The translations under genes were made by a program, and so were the position numbers. Shown here in pieces: positions 10,847-20,806 of a stretch of 64,000 nt of DNA. The DNA comes from Candidatus Levyibacteriota bacterium. Lineage in GTDB: Bacteria > Patescibacteriota > Microgenomatia > Levybacterales > UBA12049. Positions within the stretch are counted from its first letter, which is position 1. Each line of letters opens with the position of its first letter. Where the stretch lies: NCBI GenBank assembly GCA_029260905.1, contig JAJDCH010000011.1:512-64511 (forward strand), written 5' to 3'. The notes beneath the pieces are model-generated. The model was not told the DNA's origin. It did not search any database and was given only the letters and a program-made list of their open reading frames with translations.

Positions 10847-10951
10847 GGTAGGTTGTGTCATTAACTGGGCGTTAACTTAATTTCTCTGTCCTGCCCTTTT
10901 TTGCTCCGGGATAGCAACGTTTCGCTCCAGAATGGCATTTTGAAACCTACC
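10847..10951 (-). ncRNA. Candidate structured leader or ncRNA upstream of the 27-aa ORF
   Basis: GC-enriched; closing stem GGTAGGTT/AACCTACC, internal TGCC..GGCA arm, TTAAC-GCCCA-GTTAA hairpin; no family recognised. Confidence 0.4.
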
Positions 10952-11105
10952 TTCTTTAGTTTTTAACATCTCACTTATCCTATTAAAGCCATAATAGACC
11001 TAAAATATATGAATATAAATAAAATTTTGTAAGGAAAAGGAAAGATTTTCTTGAGGCTATTTTAATCAATTTCAACTTGACAAATACTAACAGTAATAAT
11101 TAAAT

Positions 11106-12839
11106 TTATCCAAAAGTAAAAGCATAGGCCTCAATTCCTGGCGAGAACTCAAGTCTCAATATATGATTTTCAGGATCACCTTTCAAATCTATAAGATTAT
11201 ACAATGTGTTCTTGTCAACTTTTACAATTCCATCCACCACATCCATACCACCATTTTTATCATTCACCAATTTTCCATCAAGATAAACTTTTACTGTTCC
11301 TACCTGTCCAGACTTCTTCAAATGAAGAACTAAAAAAACTTTTTCTGCTGTAAAATTAAACTCTAGAACAGAGTTACCAATAGATGCAGAATATTCCTCG
11401 CTTATGCTCCATTCTCCCCCAAGGCTAAATGAATTATTTGCAATATTTTTTGAAATGGTTAGTGCTTTTTGACCTTTAGTCAATCTCCCATTGGGATAAT
11501 AATACTCCATCCTTTCTGAACCAAGATACGTCTCCGGTGTTATATTTGTATTTGGCTGAGAAATTGAAACATCATTAATTTTCTCATTCACTTTCTGACC
11601 TGACTCTTCCAGAAGTGCTTGAATCACTTTTTCTGTTTCTGCATATGCGCCTTCTCCAAAATGGGTATATCTTATATATCCATCCTTATCGATCAGATAC
11701 TTTGCGGGCCAATAACGGTTGTTGTATGCTCTCCATGTTTCAAAATTGTTATCCTGAACAATCGGATACTTTAACTCAAAGTCATTTATAGCTTCCTGTA
11801 AGTTCTCTGAACTCTTCTCAAATTCAAACTCTGGTGAGTGCACGCCGATTATCACAAGTCCCTTATCAGAATATTTCTCATTCCACATCTTAAGATATGG
11901 AAAAGTCCTTTGACAATTTATACATGTATAAGTCCAGAAATCAACAAGCACTACCTTATCCTTAAGATCACTTATCTTTAAAGGCTTACTATTGAACCAC
12001 TCTCCACCTGGTATTATCTCTGGCGCTTTTAATTTTTGATCACCTAAATCATTGGGAATTTGATCACTTTTTTCATCTCCACTTTTTAATTTTTCAAGCT
12101 CATTTTTTACAAAATCATTATCTTCAAAAGCTGTTAAACCCACTCCGTATTGAGGAAATGTTCTAAGCACGTATGATTGAAAGTCACGATCAATATTAAA
12201 ATTGAGTCCAATCGCTGTTATTATCATCAGAACTCCAAAACCTTTTTGAATTTTATCAGCATTTGGAATAAGCCATGGAACTTTTTGAAGTAAATTTCGC
12301 CCACCATACATGATAGCAAGCATCGGTATCGCAGTACCTAGTGCATATGCGAGAGTAATTATAACTGCTCCAAAACCAACAGTACTTGTCGCAGCAAGCG
12401 TTATGATGGATGCAAGAATTGGACCCACACAAGGTGTCCAAATAAGGCCAATACTAAGACCAATCAAAATACCCCCACCAAAACCCTGTCTGCTATCTTT
12501 TCCATTTCCGCTAATTACTAACCTGCTTGATAACTTAGAAAAAAGCTTCTCCATCAATAATTGAAACTGTGGCAAAAGAAGAGTTACACCAAACAAAAAT
12601 ATTATAACAACTGATACAAATCTCAAGGCATCAGCAGATAAACCAGTCGCTCTGACGATCGCTGATAAGAAAAGTGTAAAAAAGGTAAAGCTGAGTATAA
12701 AACCAGCTACAATTCCAAAAGGTTTTTTCTTTCCGCCACCAACACTACCTGATAGTACTATTGGAAGTATTGGTAATATACACGGAGAAAGAATAGTTAC
12801 AACTCCTCCCAAAAAAGAAAATAAGACAAGTAAAAACAT
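11106..12839 (-). CDS. dipZ: DipZ-like protein (CcdA + thioredoxin + C-terminal domain)
   Basis: SPCILP, WTPCVGP, DFWTYTCINC, HSPEF, ITPETYLG. Confidence 0.9.
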   Translation of the reverse strand: MFLLVLFSFLGGVVTILSPCILPILPIVLSGSVGGGKKKPFGIVAGFILSFTFFTLFLSAIVRATGLSADALRFVSVVIIFLFGVTLLLPQFQLLMEKLFSKLSSRLVISGNGKDSRQGFGGGILIGLSIGLIWTPCVGPILASIITLAATSTVGFGAVIITLAYALGTAIPMLAIMYGGRNLLQKVPWLIPNADKIQKGFGVLMIITAIGLNFNIDRDFQSYVLRTFPQYGVGLTAFEDNDFVKNELEKLKSGDEKSDQIPNDLGDQKLKAPEIIPGGEWFNSKPLKISDLKDKVVLVDFWTYTCINCQRTFPYLKMWNEKYSDKGLVIIGVHSPEFEFEKSSENLQEAINDFELKYPIVQDNNFETWRAYNNRYWPAKYLIDKDGYIRYTHFGEGAYAETEKVIQALLEESGQKVNEKINDVSISQPNTNITPETYLGSERMEYYYPNGRLTKGQKALTISKNIANNSFSLGGEWSISEEYSASIGNSVLEFNFTAEKVFLVLHLKKSGQVGTVKVYLDGKLVNDKNGGMDVVDGIVKVDKNTLYNLIDLKGDPENHILRLEFSPGIEAYAFTFG

Positions 12840-12877
12840 AATTTATTTAACAAAATAACATGCTCTGTTGAGGAATA

Positions 12878-13375
12878 TTATTCTACTCTACTGACGAGCT
12901 CCATTAGACCTCCACCATTCCAGGTTGTGATTTGTTCTCCCTCTTTATTTACTTGTACAAATGTATGCTGATAAGTTACCCCGTATTTTTTAGCTAGCTC
13001 TTTTCCTTCATCATTTGTATCTGAATCATTATAATTTATTCTCAATATAATAATATCTTCTGGTATCTCGTCTGGTTTTTGTGTGAACTCAGCATTTGCT
13101 ACTTTACAGGTTGGACACCAATTCGCGTAAAAATACAATACTCTTTTCTGTTCAACTGATTGATTATATGCATCTTTTGAATACACAACATATCTTGACT
13201 CCTCAGGGTTCGTAGCTATCACTGCTTCTCTACCAACTGAATCTTTTTTATTTTCCACAACATCGGCTTGAGGTAAGTTGATTACATTGTTTTCAGAATA
13301 TTTTTGATTAGCAATAAAAAATCCACCACCTATCAAAATTATTACAATTAAAATTGTTATAGTTTTAGAATTCAT
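12878..13375 (-). CDS. Membrane-anchored thioredoxin family protein
   Basis: N-terminal TM; FYANWCPTC; YGVTYQHT. Confidence 0.88.
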   Translation of the reverse strand: MNSKTITILIVIILIGGGFFIANQKYSENNVINLPQADVVENKKDSVGREAVIATNPEESRYVVYSKDAYNQSVEQKRVLYFYANWCPTCKVANAEFTQKPDEIPEDIIILRINYNDSDTNDEGKELAKKYGVTYQHTFVQVNKEGEQITTWNGGGLMELVSRVE

Positions 13376-13404
13376 AATTTAAGATTAAACGATAAATTGC
13401 TCTA

Positions 13405-13422
13405 TGTCAAGTAGAGTTTACA
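13405..13422. promoter_or_regulatory. Operator TGTCAA-N6-TTTACA over the -35 of the thioredoxin-dipZ promoter
   Basis: TGTCAAGTAGAGTTTACA; minus-strand TTGACA-17-TAATCT. Confidence 0.65.
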
Positions 13423-13433
13423 TCTAGCCTAGT

Positions 13434-13799
13434 TTATCGCTTCAACTTTCCATAAACACTTCCCAAAATTTTAGCAAGAAGCATTACCGAAACGGCGATT
13501 ATCAGAAATGGATCTATCTCATGATTTGTACTCTGCGCGATAATCCCAGTTATCAAAACTGCAATTCCTGCAAAATACGCAAAACGGGAAGCAATAAATT
13601 TATGTAGCTGCTCTCGCTCATCGCCTGGTTTTTCGTTCCATAAAAATCCTGCAAATAATATAAATAGGACTACCAAAAAAGGAACCATAAAAGGACTGAG
13701 AGCTTGGGGCATTAACAGATCTAGAGGATCTATAAAAAACGCCAGTAAACCAACTAGTAATATGGATATTATTATTTCACCTGTAAAATTGTTTTTCAT
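13434..13799 (-). CDS. Small 4-TM membrane protein (DERE motif) paired with XRE regulator
   Basis: Four hydrophobic helices; GDERE; 4-nt overlap with the HTH gene. Confidence 0.7.
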   Translation of the reverse strand: MKNNFTGEIIISILLVGLLAFFIDPLDLLMPQALSPFMVPFLVVLFILFAGFLWNEKPGDEREQLHKFIASRFAYFAGIAVLITGIIAQSTNHEIDPFLIIAVSVMLLAKILGSVYGKLKR

Positions 13800-14002
13800 G
13801 ATTTCAAACTAAATATGTCCTCGATCGGCTTTTTAAAATACTTCGCAATTTTCAGTCCCAACAAAAGAGATGGCGTATAATTTCCCTTCTCTATTGCTAT
13901 CACTGTTTGACGAGATACCTTTATACTTTCAGCAAATTCTTCCTGAGTTATATTTTTTTCTTTTCTAAGAATAGAAACTGTATTATTTATATATTCTGCC
14001 AT
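13796..14002 (-). CDS. XRE-family HTH transcriptional regulator
   Basis: ITQEEFA..VSRQTVIAIEKGNYTPSL. Confidence 0.93.
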   Translation of the reverse strand: MAEYINNTVSILRKEKNITQEEFAESIKVSRQTVIAIEKGNYTPSLLLGLKIAKYFKKPIEDIFSLKS

Positions 14003-14055
14003 ATATTAATCTTTGTCAACATAATCAAGATAATATTAATTTGTTTCATTCTTTT

Positions 14056-14073
14056 TGTCAACTAGGCTTTACA
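14056..14073. promoter_or_regulatory. Operator TGTCAA-N6-TTTACA whose halves are the -35 boxes of two divergent promoters
   Basis: TGTCAACTAGGCTTTACA; plus TTTACA-17-TATACT to DUF3179; minus TTGACA-17-TAATAT to XRE gene. Confidence 0.7.
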
Positions 14074-14102
14074 TTTTTATTTTAATTTAATATACTTTAA
14101 TC

Positions 14103-15119
14103 ATGAAAAATTTCCTTTTCAGAAAGATTATAATCGTCATTTTAATCTTAATCGGAGTGGGGATATTTTTATTTAATCAAATATCTTCTAAATCAACACC
14201 ATCAGGATTTCAACCAGCAAATCCAGGCGAGACGGTTGTAAGAAACGTAGAGCTTCAAAATGATTTTAATGGGGCAAAAGTCAAAAAAGGAGATCTTCTT
14301 CAGGGCTGTACTAGTCAGGACTGCATTCCCAGTATTGATAACCCAAAGTTTGAATCTGTCAACGATGCTGACAGTTGGCTTGAGGACGGTGATGCTTTGT
14401 TTGCGATAGATTACATGGGTGAACAGAAAGCTTATCCTCAACGTATCATGAACTGGCACGAAATTGTAAATGACGAAATCCAGGGTGAGCCAGTTGTAAT
14501 CACTTTTTGTCCACTTTGTGGATCAGCTCTGGCTTTTGAGAGAAAAGTGAATGGTGTAATTACAGAGTTTGGGGTTTCGGGCAAGCTGCATGATAGCGAC
14601 CTTGTTATGTATGATAGATATGAGGGAAATCTCTGGCAGCAAATAACTGGTGAGGGGATAGTAGGTCCAGCCGCAAGACGGGACGAAACTCTCAAGCAAA
14701 TTCATATTTCAACAACAAATTGGGAAACTTGGAAAAAAGAAAACCTTGACGGTCTTGTCTTATCTCAAGAGACTGGATTTTCCAGAAATTATGATGCTTA
14801 TCCATATGGAACATATGAGCAAGATGACGAGCTTTATTTTGGAGTTAAGAATTTAGATAAAAAGCTGCAAATCAAAACAGTTGTTTATGGAGTAAGTATA
14901 GATGATGCTAGAAAAGCATATCCTGAAACTGTCTTTGACAACAATTCTGTAATAACAGATATATTGGGAAATGCCAATATCAAACTTGAAAAAACAAAGA
15001 GTGGTAAAATAATAGTTACAAATCTAGATACTGATGAGGATATTATACCAATCAGATTATTCTGGTTTGCTTGGGCTGCGTTTAACCCTGATACGCTTAT
15101 TTATGAAAATACGAATTAA
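14103..15119 (+). CDS. DUF3179 domain protein
   Basis: DCIPSID.P, WHEIVND, TFCPLCGS, FGVSGKL..SDLVMYD, FWFAW. Confidence 0.88.
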   Translation: MKNFLFRKIIIVILILIGVGIFLFNQISSKSTPSGFQPANPGETVVRNVELQNDFNGAKVKKGDLLQGCTSQDCIPSIDNPKFESVNDADSWLEDGDALFAIDYMGEQKAYPQRIMNWHEIVNDEIQGEPVVITFCPLCGSALAFERKVNGVITEFGVSGKLHDSDLVMYDRYEGNLWQQITGEGIVGPAARRDETLKQIHISTTNWETWKKENLDGLVLSQETGFSRNYDAYPYGTYEQDDELYFGVKNLDKKLQIKTVVYGVSIDDARKAYPETVFDNNSVITDILGNANIKLEKTKSGKIIVTNLDTDEDIIPIRLFWFAWAAFNPDTLIYENTN

Positions 15120-15546
15120 AAAAAATCACTTAAAATTTTCATTTATTTTGGTTGCAATACTTCTAGCTCTCGGGGCTCTCAATTATTCAAACACTCTGAT
15201 TAAGAATCATACACCTGCATCTAAAATAAAAGAACTATCTCCCAATTATTACGAGTACTCTGATAAATCACTTAAGCTTTCACAATCTCGCGGAAAAACT
15301 ATCCTGTTTTTTGCAGCAACCACCTGGTGTAATACCTGTTCAAACCTCGATAAAGAAATAAAAGAAAAAAGTATGGATCTACCAAAAAATATAACCATTC
15401 TAAAGACTGACTATGATAATGATAAAGCTCTAAATAAAAAATACTTCATTACAATTCAACATACTCTAGTGGTGTTAGATAAAAATGGAGAAGAAATCAA
15501 AAGGTGGATTGGGGGTAATTTTGAAGAACTCATTAAAAATATCTAA
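15103..15546 (+). CDS. Membrane-anchored thioredoxin family protein
   Basis: WCNTC, QHT motif; start moved to ATG 15103. Confidence 0.8.
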   Translation: MKIRIKKNHLKFSFILVAILLALGALNYSNTLIKNHTPASKIKELSPNYYEYSDKSLKLSQSRGKTILFFAATTWCNTCSNLDKEIKEKSMDLPKNITILKTDYDNDKALNKKYFITIQHTLVVLDKNGEEIKRWIGGNFEELIKNI

Positions 15547-15555
15547 AATTTATCT

Positions 15556-15774
15556 ATGAAAAAATCTTCTTTCAAAACTGACGCTCAGTTAGCTTGCCCA
15601 AAATGCAATTATGTACAAAAGGTTGAAATGCCGCTTAATGCATGTCAGCATTTTTATAAATGCAAAAATTGTGATACTATGTTAAAACCTAAAACAAAAG
15701 ATTGCTGTGTATTTTGTTCGTATGCTAATTTTTTGTGTCCACCAAAACAAAGAGAGTTAAATATAAATTTATGA
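15556..15774 (+). CDS. GDCCVxC-type Cys-rich protein
   Basis: CPKC..MP..ACQHFYKC..C..LKP..DCCVFCSY...CPP. Confidence 0.85.
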   Translation: MKKSSFKTDAQLACPKCNYVQKVEMPLNACQHFYKCKNCDTMLKPKTKDCCVFCSYANFLCPPKQRELNINL

Positions 15775-16049
15775 AAATTGCAGATTGTCAACATTTACCA
15801 GAAAAATTTGCTCAGCCAAAAACTGATGAGTGTCAGGAAAATCATCCATGTTCTCATGGGCAAAGAGTTTGCTTAACTTGCGGATACGTCGGCTGTTGTG
15901 ACTCATGTCAGATGCATCTGAGAATTCATGCAGAACAAACAAAACATGAAGTGATGGCATCATATCCTGCAGATAGCTCATCATTTATCTGGTGTTATGC
16001 TGATGATGACTATCTAGAACCAGACGAAAAAATTAACTTAAAAGTCTAG
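15771..16049 (+). CDS. UBP-type zinc finger protein
   Basis: CQH..CQE..CLTCGYVGCCDS..H..H..H..WCY.D; ATGA overlap with the upstream gene. Confidence 0.8.
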   Translation: MKIADCQHLPEKFAQPKTDECQENHPCSHGQRVCLTCGYVGCCDSCQMHLRIHAEQTKHEVMASYPADSSSFIWCYADDDYLEPDEKINLKV

Positions 16050-16063
16050 AAAATTATCAGTAG

Positions 16064-16609
16064 TTATCTCAATCTTATATTTTCAAGATTTTGCAATTGT
16101 GAATTAATTTGATTTTCGCTTTCATTACCAAAACTAACAAGAAGCATGTCTCCTTCTCCAACAATCTCTTCTAATGCATCTGGATTTTTATTACCATTAA
16201 TATAGAATTTCAATTCTTCATCTTTCCCCGAACAAAAAGTCTCACCCGTTCCTGTTGTAAGACAGTCTTTTGTTAATTTAAAAGGCAAGGTTTTGAAAAA
16301 ATCATTCCAAGTTAGATCTTTCTTTTTGACATGAACTAGATTGGGATTTGCAGATGTGATATAGACATCTTCTGATAAATCATGGTACATTGCAGATGTA
16401 AATATCCTAAAAGTACCATTGGTATATATTGCAAATGTCGCTTCATGCGAGAGGCTTTCTTGATCTTTAGCTATTTGATTATTAGAGATTTCATTTGTAA
16501 CAGTGCTTTGACTTTCGAGCTTAACATCATATTTATTGGATGAAAATAAATAAACTCCGATTGCAACTATCAAAACAACTACTACTGACAAAACATTTTT
16601 TGTTTTCAT
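16064..16609 (-). CDS. Exported or membrane-anchored hypothetical protein
   Basis: N-terminal TM; leaderless-type TGtTATACT promoter; CL...FC pair. Confidence 0.7.
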   Translation of the reverse strand: MKTKNVLSVVVVLIVAIGVYLFSSNKYDVKLESQSTVTNEISNNQIAKDQESLSHEATFAIYTNGTFRIFTSAMYHDLSEDVYITSANPNLVHVKKKDLTWNDFFKTLPFKLTKDCLTTGTGETFCSGKDEELKFYINGNKNPDALEEIVGEGDMLLVSFGNESENQINSQLQNLENIRLR

Positions 16610-16827
16610 CTTGCAACTTCAAGTATAACAAAATTTGCCACTCTTTTGAGTGACGATAAGTTCTTATCAAAGATATAAAAAGGGATTCTGAACCACTATG
16701 ATTAATACTTTTTTGCAGGTTGCCTCAGTTCTTGTTACTCCCTTTAGTCATCTGCTATGTCTTTTTGACAAGTAATTCTACTTTTAGAATTAATTTTTCA
16801 CTTGTTGTTGGTGCTATAATTTATACG

Positions 16828-17532
16828 ATGAAGAAATTAATTATATTAATGTTTGCAATATTAGGATTTTTTCTCTATTTTAGAGATATCAATGCTTTTA
16901 TCCCCAATAAGTCTTCGCAGCAAATTAGTTATATCCCAATTGGTGATTCATACACAATTGGTCAGGGAGTTGCAAGATCTGAGTCTTGGCCTGAGATTTT
17001 GACAACACATCTTCGAAAAAATGGAATTGAGATAGAACTTACCTCAAACCCTTCTGTATCAGGATATACAACCCAGAATGCAATCAATTTAGAACTTCCT
17101 ATTTTCAAATCAAACAAGCCCACCTTCACAACTGTTCTAATAGGCGCCAATGATTCATTTCAAAAAATTAATCCGCAAATTTTTGAAAACAGATTGAAAA
17201 CTCTTCTTGATGAAATACAAAAAACCTTACCTGATAAAAATAAAATAATTCTTATAACAATTCCTGATTACTCCTCATCACCTGCAGCAATCGAGTTAGA
17301 AAATACTTCCTCAACAAAAATGTTAATTATAAACTACAACAATATCATCAAAAAGGAGGCAGAAAAAAGAAATATTCCCGTTGTCGATCTTTTTCCTTTA
17401 ACAGAAAAATTAAAAGGCAAACCGGAGTTTTTTGTATCTGACGGGCTTCATCCATCAGCCAGACAATACCAGCTCTGGGAAGAACTCATCTACCCTGTTG
17501 CATACGAGATGCTAAAAGACGATAATAATTAA
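16828..17532 (+). CDS. SGNH/GDSL hydrolase
   Basis: GDSYT, GAND, DGLHP; start reset to the ATG 7 nt after TGcTATAAT. Confidence 0.9.
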   Translation: MKKLIILMFAILGFFLYFRDINAFIPNKSSQQISYIPIGDSYTIGQGVARSESWPEILTTHLRKNGIEIELTSNPSVSGYTTQNAINLELPIFKSNKPTFTTVLIGANDSFQKINPQIFENRLKTLLDEIQKTLPDKNKIILITIPDYSSSPAAIELENTSSTKMLIINYNNIIKKEAEKRNIPVVDLFPLTEKLKGKPEFFVSDGLHPSARQYQLWEELIYPVAYEMLKDDNN

Positions 17533-17533
17533 T

Positions 17534-18076
17534 ATGGAAATTGCAACTCTTGCCAATGGATGCTTTTGGTGTACAGAAGCAATTTTCAAAAGATTAAAAG
17601 GTGTTGAATCAGTAGCTTCTGGATATACTGGAGGAGAAAGAAAAAATCCTTCATACGAGCAGGTTTCATCCGGCGCAACGGGTCATGCTGAATGCCTGCA
17701 GATAAAATTTGATCCCAGCATTATTTCTTACCCTACGATTCTTGATGTCTTCTTTGCAACTCATGATCCCACAGAATTAAATCGGCAAGGAAATGATGTC
17801 GGAACACAGTATAGATCTGCAATTTTTTGGCATACTGATAAGCAGAAAAAGGCAGCAGAGAAGAAAATAACTGAGCTAAAAGATTCAGGAAAATATGAAG
17901 ATCCGATTGTTACAGAACTAATGGAATTTTCAGGCTTTTATCCTGCTGAGGAATACCACCAGGATTATTATGATCAGAACCGTAATGTAAATATGTATTG
18001 CAAAATTGTGATCGATCCCAAAATCAAAAAGCTCTTAAGTCAATTTGGAGATAAAGTAAAAGAAGAATATAAATAA
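17534..18076 (+). CDS. msrA: Peptide-methionine (S)-S-oxide reductase
   Basis: [29 protein letters not shown]. Confidence 0.96.
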   Translation: MEIATLANGCFWCTEAIFKRLKGVESVASGYTGGERKNPSYEQVSSGATGHAECLQIKFDPSIISYPTILDVFFATHDPTELNRQGNDVGTQYRSAIFWHTDKQKKAAEKKITELKDSGKYEDPIVTELMEFSGFYPAEEYHQDYYDQNRNVNMYCKIVIDPKIKKLLSQFGDKVKEEYK

Positions 18077-18077
18077 T

Positions 18078-18722
18078 CTATTTACTCTCTCCCTGCGCCT
18101 CTTCTATTAATTTCTTGAGGTTTGTCGGGATTGGATTCTTCTTTAGAAGCTTTGCCATGTAAGTTGTATTGTGGACAAGAAATCGCAAAGTTTTATTGGT
18201 ATATAAATGCTTTTCTCCACCTGCGTCTATATAGGAGGGTCCAGGTCCTGCAGGTCCAACCCAATAAGTATCGACATTGGGTGGAACTACACATCCCAAG
18301 TGAGTTAAGTTAAATAAAGTATTGGCTGCAACATCATGCGCGCCGTCTTCATTACCTGTTACGATACATCCTGCAACTTTGTTATATAATGGAAATTGCC
18401 CAGTCTTTTTGTTTCCTTCTGCATATGTTCCATCCAGTCGTTCAATAACAAGTTGTGCAACGGATGAACGGACACCAAACCAAATTGGAGCAGCGATAAC
18501 AATGATATCGCAAGCTTTAATTTTCACCAAAATCTTTGGCCACTCATCACCTTCGCCTTCATAAGAAGATACACCAAATGGAATATTGAAATCAACAACA
18601 CGGATAACATCTGACTCAACATCCAATTTTTTGTACTCCTTCACAACCTTTTTGATCAGCGCTTCGGTATTTGAAACTTTTGGAGATTTTTTGAGAGTAC
18701 AATTTAAAATTACTGCTTTCAT
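18078..18722 (-). CDS. Flavodoxin-like NAD(P)H-dependent oxidoreductase
   Basis: NCTLKKSP..SNT, PIWFG, VTGNEDGAH. Confidence 0.82.
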   Translation of the reverse strand: MKAVILNCTLKKSPKVSNTEALIKKVVKEYKKLDVESDVIRVVDFNIPFGVSSYEGEGDEWPKILVKIKACDIIVIAAPIWFGVRSSVAQLVIERLDGTYAEGNKKTGQFPLYNKVAGCIVTGNEDGAHDVAANTLFNLTHLGCVVPPNVDTYWVGPAGPGPSYIDAGGEKHLYTNKTLRFLVHNTTYMAKLLKKNPIPTNLKKLIEEAQGESK

Positions 18723-19705
18723 AACAATCCCATTTTCTTTTTTACTTCTTCAACTGTTTCTCTGGCAATTTCAGATGCTTTTTTGTTTCCATCTTTTATG
18801 ATCTGATCAACCACATCAGGATTCTCTTCAAAATATTTTCTTTTTTCTTGAAATGGCTTTAACTCAGCAAAAATAGCATCAGCCAAAACCTGCTTCATGT
18901 CAGAATATCTGATTCTTTTTTCCCGATAATCTATAACAAATTTTACGAAAATTTCTTTGTCGACAAAAAGCTTAAGTAATGTAAATAAATTTCCAACCCC
19001 ACCTGTTTCTGGAATATTGCCACCTTCCAGGCCGCTATCAGTTGGCGCTTTGGCAAGCTTTGATTTTATAGTCGCCAAATCATCTATCAAGTTTATGAAA
19101 CTCCCCTCAATGCTTTTACTCATCTTCCCTTCACCAAGAAGTGATGGGACGTATTGACCTGGTGTTTTAAACCTTTTGGGTTCTGGAAAATAAGTACCAA
19201 AATCCTGATTCATACGACGCGCGATTTCTCTTACTACCTCAATATGTGGCTCTTGATCAAGACCAACAGGTATACTGTCTGCTTTATAAACCAAAATATC
19301 TGCTGCCATCAGAACTGGATAATTAAGTAACGCTATTGTGACATTTTCTGGATGTTGTTTTACCTTTTCTTTAAAAGTTGGAAGATGCTGCATCTTGGCA
19401 ACTGTCATAACGGTTGAAAAAAGATAAGCAAGTTCTATGTGATACGGATTTGAGCTTTGCTGAAAAAGAATACTTTTCCCATGATCAAGTCCTGCTGCTA
19501 GATAATCAATTATAATCTCGCGTCTATTTTTACGCAGCTCCTCCACATCATACGGCGTTGTCAAAGTATGAAGATCGGCAACCATATAAAGAGTTTCATA
19601 ATCAGAGTTATCCTGCAACTCAAGCATGCCTTTTATTGCACCGAGATAATTCCCCAGATGGAGTCTGCCATTTGCTCTTATTCCTGAAAGTACTCTTTTT
19701 TTCAT
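18719..19705 (-). CDS. trpS: Tryptophanyl-tRNA synthetase
   Basis: HLGN, YPVLMAADI, VG.DQ, KMSKS. Confidence 0.96.
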   Translation of the reverse strand: MKKRVLSGIRANGRLHLGNYLGAIKGMLELQDNSDYETLYMVADLHTLTTPYDVEELRKNRREIIIDYLAAGLDHGKSILFQQSSNPYHIELAYLFSTVMTVAKMQHLPTFKEKVKQHPENVTIALLNYPVLMAADILVYKADSIPVGLDQEPHIEVVREIARRMNQDFGTYFPEPKRFKTPGQYVPSLLGEGKMSKSIEGSFINLIDDLATIKSKLAKAPTDSGLEGGNIPETGGVGNLFTLLKLFVDKEIFVKFVIDYREKRIRYSDMKQVLADAIFAELKPFQEKRKYFEENPDVVDQIIKDGNKKASEIARETVEEVKKKMGLL

Positions 19706-19706
19706 A

Positions 19707-20789
19707 TTATAAATTCTGCGCTTTATGTCGCAAATAATGATCCATTATGACTAGTGCCGACATCGCATCAACTATTGGTACAGCTCTTGGCAAAACGCAT
19801 GGGTCATGACGTCCCGCAGCGCTAAGCGTTACCTCTTTTTTATTTTTGCTTACTGTTTGCTGTTCCTTTTTTATCGTTGAAACAGGCTTAAAGGCAACTC
19901 TAAAATGAATCGTCTCGCCATTTGAAATACCTCCTGTTACTCCCCCTGAATTATTTGAACTGGTTCTTATTTTTCCATCTTCAATCTTAAAAGGATCATT
20001 GTGCTGACTACCTCTTAATTTTGTCCCTTCAAATCCTGATCCTATCTCAAATCCCTTAACAGCATTAATGCTAAGCATAGCTTTCCCAAGATCTGCACTG
20101 AGCTTATCAAAAACAGGCTCACCAAGACCAACTGGCACATTTTTGATAACTCCTCTTATAGCCCCTCCTATTGAGTCTCCATCTTCTTTTACATCCTCGA
20201 TAAGCGAGATCATCTCCTCTGCTTTTTCAGGATCAGGACAACGGATGATATTTGCTTCAACATCCTCCATTGAGACATTTTCAAAATCAATATCTGTTCT
20301 GATATTACCAACACTTTCAACATAGCTAATTATTTCAACGCCTAATTTCTTATACAAATATTTTTTTGCAATCACACTTGCAGCAACGCGCGCTAAGGTC
20401 TCTCTTGCAGATGCGCGACCCGATCCTCTCCAATCACGAAAACCATATTTTGCCTCATATGTATAATCTGCATGAGATGGACGATACACATCCTTTAGCT
20501 CTATATAATCATCTGATTCAAATTCCTGATTGAAAGCAATAACAAGAATTGGTGTTCCAGTTGTCTTTCCTTCAAAAACACCTGAAAGGATTTTAACAGT
20601 ATCTGATTCTTTTCTTGGTGTAGTAATCTTACTTTGTCCTGGTCTTCTTCTGTCCTGCTCTTTCTGGATTTCTTCCTCTGTTATCTCAATTCCAGGAGGG
20701 CAACCATCAACAACCACTCCCACGCCACCGCCATGCGATTCTCCAAAAGTTGTTATTCTAAATAAATGTCCAAATGTATTTCCAGCCAT
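19707..20789 (-). CDS. aroC: Chorismate synthase
   Basis: [27 protein letters not shown]. Confidence 0.97.
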   Translation of the reverse strand: MAGNTFGHLFRITTFGESHGGGVGVVVDGCPPGIEITEEEIQKEQDRRRPGQSKITTPRKESDTVKILSGVFEGKTTGTPILVIAFNQEFESDDYIELKDVYRPSHADYTYEAKYGFRDWRGSGRASARETLARVAASVIAKKYLYKKLGVEIISYVESVGNIRTDIDFENVSMEDVEANIIRCPDPEKAEEMISLIEDVKEDGDSIGGAIRGVIKNVPVGLGEPVFDKLSADLGKAMLSINAVKGFEIGSGFEGTKLRGSQHNDPFKIEDGKIRTSSNNSGGVTGGISNGETIHFRVAFKPVSTIKKEQQTVSKNKKEVTLSAAGRHDPCVLPRAVPIVDAMSALVIMDHYLRHKAQNL

Positions 20790-20806
20790 ATTTTATAAAT
20801 TAAAAA

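Noticed and set aside
14103-15774. Selenocysteine recoding in DUF3179 or GDCCVxC proteins
   Set aside because: Motif positions use ordinary Cys codons; the TGA at 15772-15774 is a normal stop overlapping the next ATG
16720-16827. ORF-track N-terminal extension of the GDSL gene (similarly 51571, 59507, 15034, 41861)
   Set aside because: Downstream starts fit -10 boxes or translational coupling, and the extensions look non-coding
19700-19712. T-box riboswitch before trpS
   Set aside because: trpS starts 1 nt after the aroC stop, leaving no leader
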